Shown here piece after piece: positions 61,901-64,000 of a DNA stretch of 64,000 nt. The stretch's first letter is position 1. Every line of letters starts with the position of its first letter. The position numbers and the translations under genes are program-made. Source of the DNA: the human T2T-CHM13v2.0 reference genome, Homo sapiens; assembly GCF_009914755.1 (NCBI RefSeq), contig NC_060929.1; one strand, given 5' to 3'. The notes beneath the pieces are model-generated. The model saw only the letters and a list, made by a program, of their open reading frames with translations, ran no database searches and had not been told where the DNA came from.

Positions 61901-64000
61901 GCCTTTTTAATTGTTCCTACTGTTCATTTTTTCAGCTTAATGAAACCATTCTTTTAAAAAAAAATTTGATTGGTATGATTTTCCTTGCCAGAAATTCATT
62001 TTTCTTCTCTTTCAAATATAAATGGCCAATTTTTACAGTCATTTGTGCCTTTTTCATGCTTTTGACTCCATCTTTTTTGGTTTGTTCAAAGAGATTAATG
62101 TAATTATTTTATAATCTGTATATAGTGATTTTACTATGTAGTCTTCACAAATTTAATCTGCATTTTAAACCTTTTTATAATGTCTTATTTCTACACATGT
62201 AGTATTAATTTGTTTGTTAAAATTAATGTTCTTTGGAGTTTGTTTTTTCTGTGAGAACAATTAAAGTTGTGTATTTTATTTTTTTCCCCACAGAGAAGTT
62301 TGGTATTTACATCAGTTACACACTTAGGACACCAACTTCCCAAGACCACTTTTCATTAAAGTTTACGTTTGGAGCCATACAAGTTAGTGTGAATGAGCGC
62401 CCCAATGCCATAGGGAAGATGACTCATGATTAGGAAATCCCAGGGAGACACTTTCTTTTTATTAATTTACCTCTTGCTATTGACTGGTGAGACTAAGAAA
62501 GCCACATTTCTTCCTCCTTCGCCCCTTGAGAGAACAGTCCTAATTCATCTCAGTTTTATATGGGGACAGGCCATGGAAGTCTTACCAGCATACAGAAGGT
62601 AGTCTGTATCATTTTGTTAAGTGAATAAATAAGTGCTTCTCAAAGAGAAGTTATTTCCAATATTAAATTGACCACTTCAGCAGCGCTTATTAATGGTCTT
62701 TAGAAGTTACATTTTCTTTTGCTTCATTAGAGTAAGAAAGGAGCCAATGAGATTTTTAGAAAAAGTTGAATAACATAAACATTTTCTGAAACATAAATAA
62801 ACATGTCATATGCAGTTAAATATGTGAGCCTTTGTCCACAATCCTATTCTATATAACTAGATGTTCTATATGTGGAAACTGTTTCTTAAAGTTGTGCCTT
62901 AAGATGGAATCAATCTATGTGCATCACATTTTGGGAACACTTAGGCCATGAAGATGTTGGTTATACCCAAAATGCTTCCCCCCGTCACTACCACCTGCCT
63001 TCCTTGAATCTCTGTGTTGCAACATTCTCTAGAAAGATGTTAACTCTTACCATGAGAGAATGAGCAATCTGAATAAACCTTTGCATGTCCACACTCAGTG
63101 ATATAATTCATCTAACAATAATGCTTTAGGTTACTTTTGATTGCTAAAACTTGAATCAAGTATTTCTGAAATGGATAGAAGGGTCCTATGCCTAGGGTGT
63201 CCTTATATATATTATTATAAATGGCTCTACAGAAACACAAAGTTCACTCTGCTATCTCTTTACCATGCCTCTGCTTCAATGCAAAAAATGGCAAATTTCT
63301 TCAGTTCAAAGAACACCAGAATTTAGCTTAAGTAAAATGCCTAGTGTCATTCCATCAGTAAAAGAAGTGCAGTTCCCTAACTGAGGTAAAATTCAAGTAA
63401 CTGTCAGCGGTTCATATTATCTCTCACTGCATCTGTAAGATTATTTCAATTGGGAAAAGAAGTAGCAGAAGATACTTGTAAGGCTTTTTACAAACGCTTG
63501 CAATTTTTCTCTGGGAACTTTCTACTCTTCTGTCTGTTTGACCCTTCAGAGAAAGTTCATCTTCTAAAAGAACCACAGTTTTTTGCCACAGAACCATCAG
63601 TCTTACCAAGGCTGAAAAGCAGCCCTGAATCTCTCCCACCACTTAAACTTCATTATCTGCATATTAAATGATTTTAGGCAAAGTATCCCCATTTTATAAA
63701 TTTATTTCTTATAATAAATGCAAAAGTGTGTATCTGCTTTGAGAACAAAAAATTGTTATTTTTTTGTTTTTCCTCATTTTGAGGGAGAAAAGCATGAAAA
63801 AGAAAATGACTACTATTTTCATCTTCTATTGCAATTGCATGGTTTGAAAACCTTAATGCCAAATCTAATAGCTGAATGTTATTAATATCCCATACCACAA
63901 GGAAGACTGGAAAACAGGAAAAGTAAAGTAAAAGTTTGACAGTTTCCATTAAATGTGTGCTGATATTTTTCTGTAATACTGAGATTTTTTTCAAGATAAA

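Noticed and set aside
63141-63994. Cluster of short ORFs at the window end
   Set aside because: Alternative starts, AT-rich composition, no recognisable domain or consistent exon structure

Overview
AT-rich, CpG-depleted primate (very probably human) intronic or intergenic DNA. I find no recognisable protein-coding exon, and the longer ORFs in the track come from L1, SVA, Alu or microsatellites. The window is a layered record of retrotransposition: 13 Alus (one young AluYd8), several L1s of different ages, one SVA, solo LTRs, and L2/MIR/MER relics. Best-supported unusual structures: (1) a U3 snoRNA(5' ~76 nt)-L1 chimeric retrocopy inside one target-site duplication (50243-54819), with junction microhomology, a compensatory base-pair change in the U3 part and a hairpin-scarred RT deletion; (2) a 5'-truncated SVA carrying a 217-bp 3' transduction (45952-47357); (3) a 5'-inverted (twin-primed) L1 later hit by an AluY and an HERV-K14-type solo LTR; (4) an ancient near full-length L1MB that still shows its TSD. 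All are instances of known mechanism classes; I cannot support a new biological system here. Repeat subfamily names come from recalled consensus sequences, not a search, and boundaries of old repeats are approximate.
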